In this document: positions 63,078 through 64,000 of the stretch, piece by piece | How the letters are laid out: every line of letters starts with the position of its first letter | Position numbering within the stretch: position 1 is the stretch's first letter | NCBI GenBank assembly: GCA_030431785.1 | Contig: JAUIIM010000001.1 | Coordinates: forward strand, 70,409-134,408 | Direction of reading: 5' to 3' | Source of the DNA: Acidimicrobiia bacterium | GTDB lineage: Bacteria; Actinomycetota; Acidimicrobiia; Spongiisociales; UBA5794 | DNA: 64,000 bases | Notes under the pieces: model-generated | What the model was told of the DNA's origin: nothing | Seen by the model: only the letters and a program-made list of their open reading frames with translations | The model's database searches: none | Program-made: the position numbers and the translations under genes

Positions 63078-63368
63078 ATGGCTCGCTACATGGTCACCCG
63101 TTCGTTCCCCGACGGGCTTGAGATCCCGACGACCGGAGAAGGTGCAAAGGCCTGCCTGGGCGTCGTCGACAACAACGCGACCGAGCAGGTCACATGGATC
63201 CAGTCATTCGTCAGCGACGACCACAACAAAACGTTCTGCGTCTACGACGGCCCGTCAGAAGATGCGATCCGCAAGGCTGCGGCGCTCAGCGGTCTGCCGG
63301 TTGACGAAGTGACGCAGATCAGTGTCCTCGACCCGTACTTCTACGTGAGTGAGGCGGCCACCGCATAG
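63078..63368 (+). CDS. DUF4242 (SCO4226-like) small ferredoxin-fold protein
   Basis: ORF 62829..63368, trimmed to ATG 63078, after GAAAGGAAG. MARYMVTRSFPDGLEIP...VTWIQSFVSDDHNKTFCVYDGPSEDAIRKAA...VLDPYFY. Confidence 0.65.
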   Translation: MARYMVTRSFPDGLEIPTTGEGAKACLGVVDNNATEQVTWIQSFVSDDHNKTFCVYDGPSEDAIRKAAALSGLPVDEVTQISVLDPYFYVSEAATA

Positions 63369-63511
63369 AGGCGACCCAGCAGGGTGGCGCCGATCAGACC
63401 GGCATCGTGGCCGTGCGACGCCAGAACGATGCACGAATCGGCATGCCGTATCGATCTCGGATCGACGGCCAGCGATGCCCGGTGGGTCGGGTCACCGCTG
63501 GCCGTCGACCT
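63341..63511 (-). pseudogene. Start-less remnant resembling the C-terminus of a ROK/BadF-type sugar kinase
   Basis: My minus-strand translation between stops gives ...ADSCIVLASHGHDAGLIGATLLGRLYAVAASLT*. GHDAGLIGATLLGR parallels GQDAGLVGAALLAR at the end of the partial kinase gene (63845 onward). There is no ATG/GTG start in frame, and it overlaps the DUF4242 3' end. Confidence 0.35.
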
Positions 63512-63515
63512 CTAC

Positions 63516-63785
63516 CTACTCCGTGACGATGATCTCACCCATCATCCCGTGGACGAAGTGCGGTGGAAGCTCGCTCTCGGGTGGCTCGCCGGTTGCAGCA
63601 ACCGCATCGAGATATTCCTGGGGTGCTATCCCGGTCGGGATGAAACACAGGATCGCGTAGCGTCCCGGCTCACTGAGCGTCCCATCGCCGACGGGCACGA
63701 TGTTGCCTCCACCGGGTGGGGCGAGGATCACCGTCGTGAGTCCCGGCTCGAGGATGGCTTCGCTCTCGTCCGGTGGCAGCTGCAT
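63516..63785 (-). CDS. Small hypothetical protein with a Cys...His...Met pattern (possibly cupredoxin-like)
   Basis: 89 aa. GRYAILCFIPTG...PPHFVHGMMGEIIVTE. High GC3 codon usage consistent with coding. The family was not identified. Confidence 0.4.
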   Translation of the reverse strand: MQLPPDESEAILEPGLTTVILAPPGGGNIVPVGDGTLSEPGRYAILCFIPTGIAPQEYLDAVAATGEPPESELPPHFVHGMMGEIIVTE

Positions 63786-63844
63786 GAGCTCATGGACCGG
63801 GCGTGTCTCATGAGGTTGAGGCAGAAGGTCTCGGAGGGCGGTTC

Positions 63845-64000
63845 CTACGGGCGCGCGAGCAGCGCTGCTCCGACGAGACCGGCGTCCTGGCCCAGGGTCG
63901 CAGGTGTGATGTAGCGGTCATCGGTGGTGATCGACGGGGCGGTGCTGTAGCCGTTCAAGGCGTGGGCGGCTCCGACGCGAACGAGGTCGATCCGGTCGTT
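63845..64000 (-). CDS. ROK/BadF-type sugar kinase, C-terminal end only (5' part beyond the window end)
   Basis: Not in the ORF track. My reverse translation gives NDRIDLVRVGAAHALNGYSTAPSITTDDRYITPATLGQDAGLVGAALLARP*, with the stop at the complement of 63845-63847. Confidence 0.45.
   Translation of the reverse strand, partial: NDRIDLVRVGAAHALNGYSTAPSITTDDRYITPATLGQDAGLVGAALLARP

Noticed and set aside
1-64000. Prophage, integrative element or transposon content
   Set aside because: I recognised no integrase, transposase, recombinase, phage structural gene, flanking tRNA or long terminal inverted repeat. The herA module is the only DNA-processing cluster, and it lacks mobility genes.

Overview
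GC-rich bacterial chromosomal window with actinobacterial hallmarks: an ino1-PadR pair, the rpsF-ssb-rpsR-rplI...dnaB block, a PspC-domain LiaSR-like envelope-stress module, TetR/MMPL, and LLM and PPOX-type enzymes. I support about 60 protein-coding genes. One partial CDS at each window edge is missing from the ORF track and was translated by hand. I recognised no rRNA, tRNA, CRISPR array, transposase or integrase. Most long antisense ORFs in the track are Arg/Gly/Asp-rich shadow ORFs of the real genes. Main items for a second look: (1) a translationally coupled herA-mre11(sbcD)-rad50(sbcC)-nurA module at 50845-57024, which is the archaeal end-resection operon layout, with an unusual HerA P-loop, next to an ECF sigma/anti-sigma pair. 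(2) Two inverted paralogs encoding three SLH anchors fused to a plant-type 24-residue LRR ectodomain with an LRRNT-like Cys cap. One sits in a cell-surface island (LPITG adhesin, signal-less minimal alpha-carbonic anhydrase, CAP-SLH protein). The other is wedged between rplI and dnaB. (3) A dispersed family of phase-7 heptanucleotide microarrays in intergenic DNA, plus a 137-bp tandem duplication after dnaB and a structured ~95-bp tandem element between convergent genes. (4) An aspT-asdA aspartate/alanine exchange-decarboxylation pair that converges on a ClC gene. (5) A 1168-aa FtsX-type permease with two different ATPases, one carrying an AbrB/SpoVT-like tail, preceded by an orphan OppD-like ATPase with a basic insertion. 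(6) Several AT-rich palindromic operator candidates. All family calls rest on motif recognition by eye. No database search was run.
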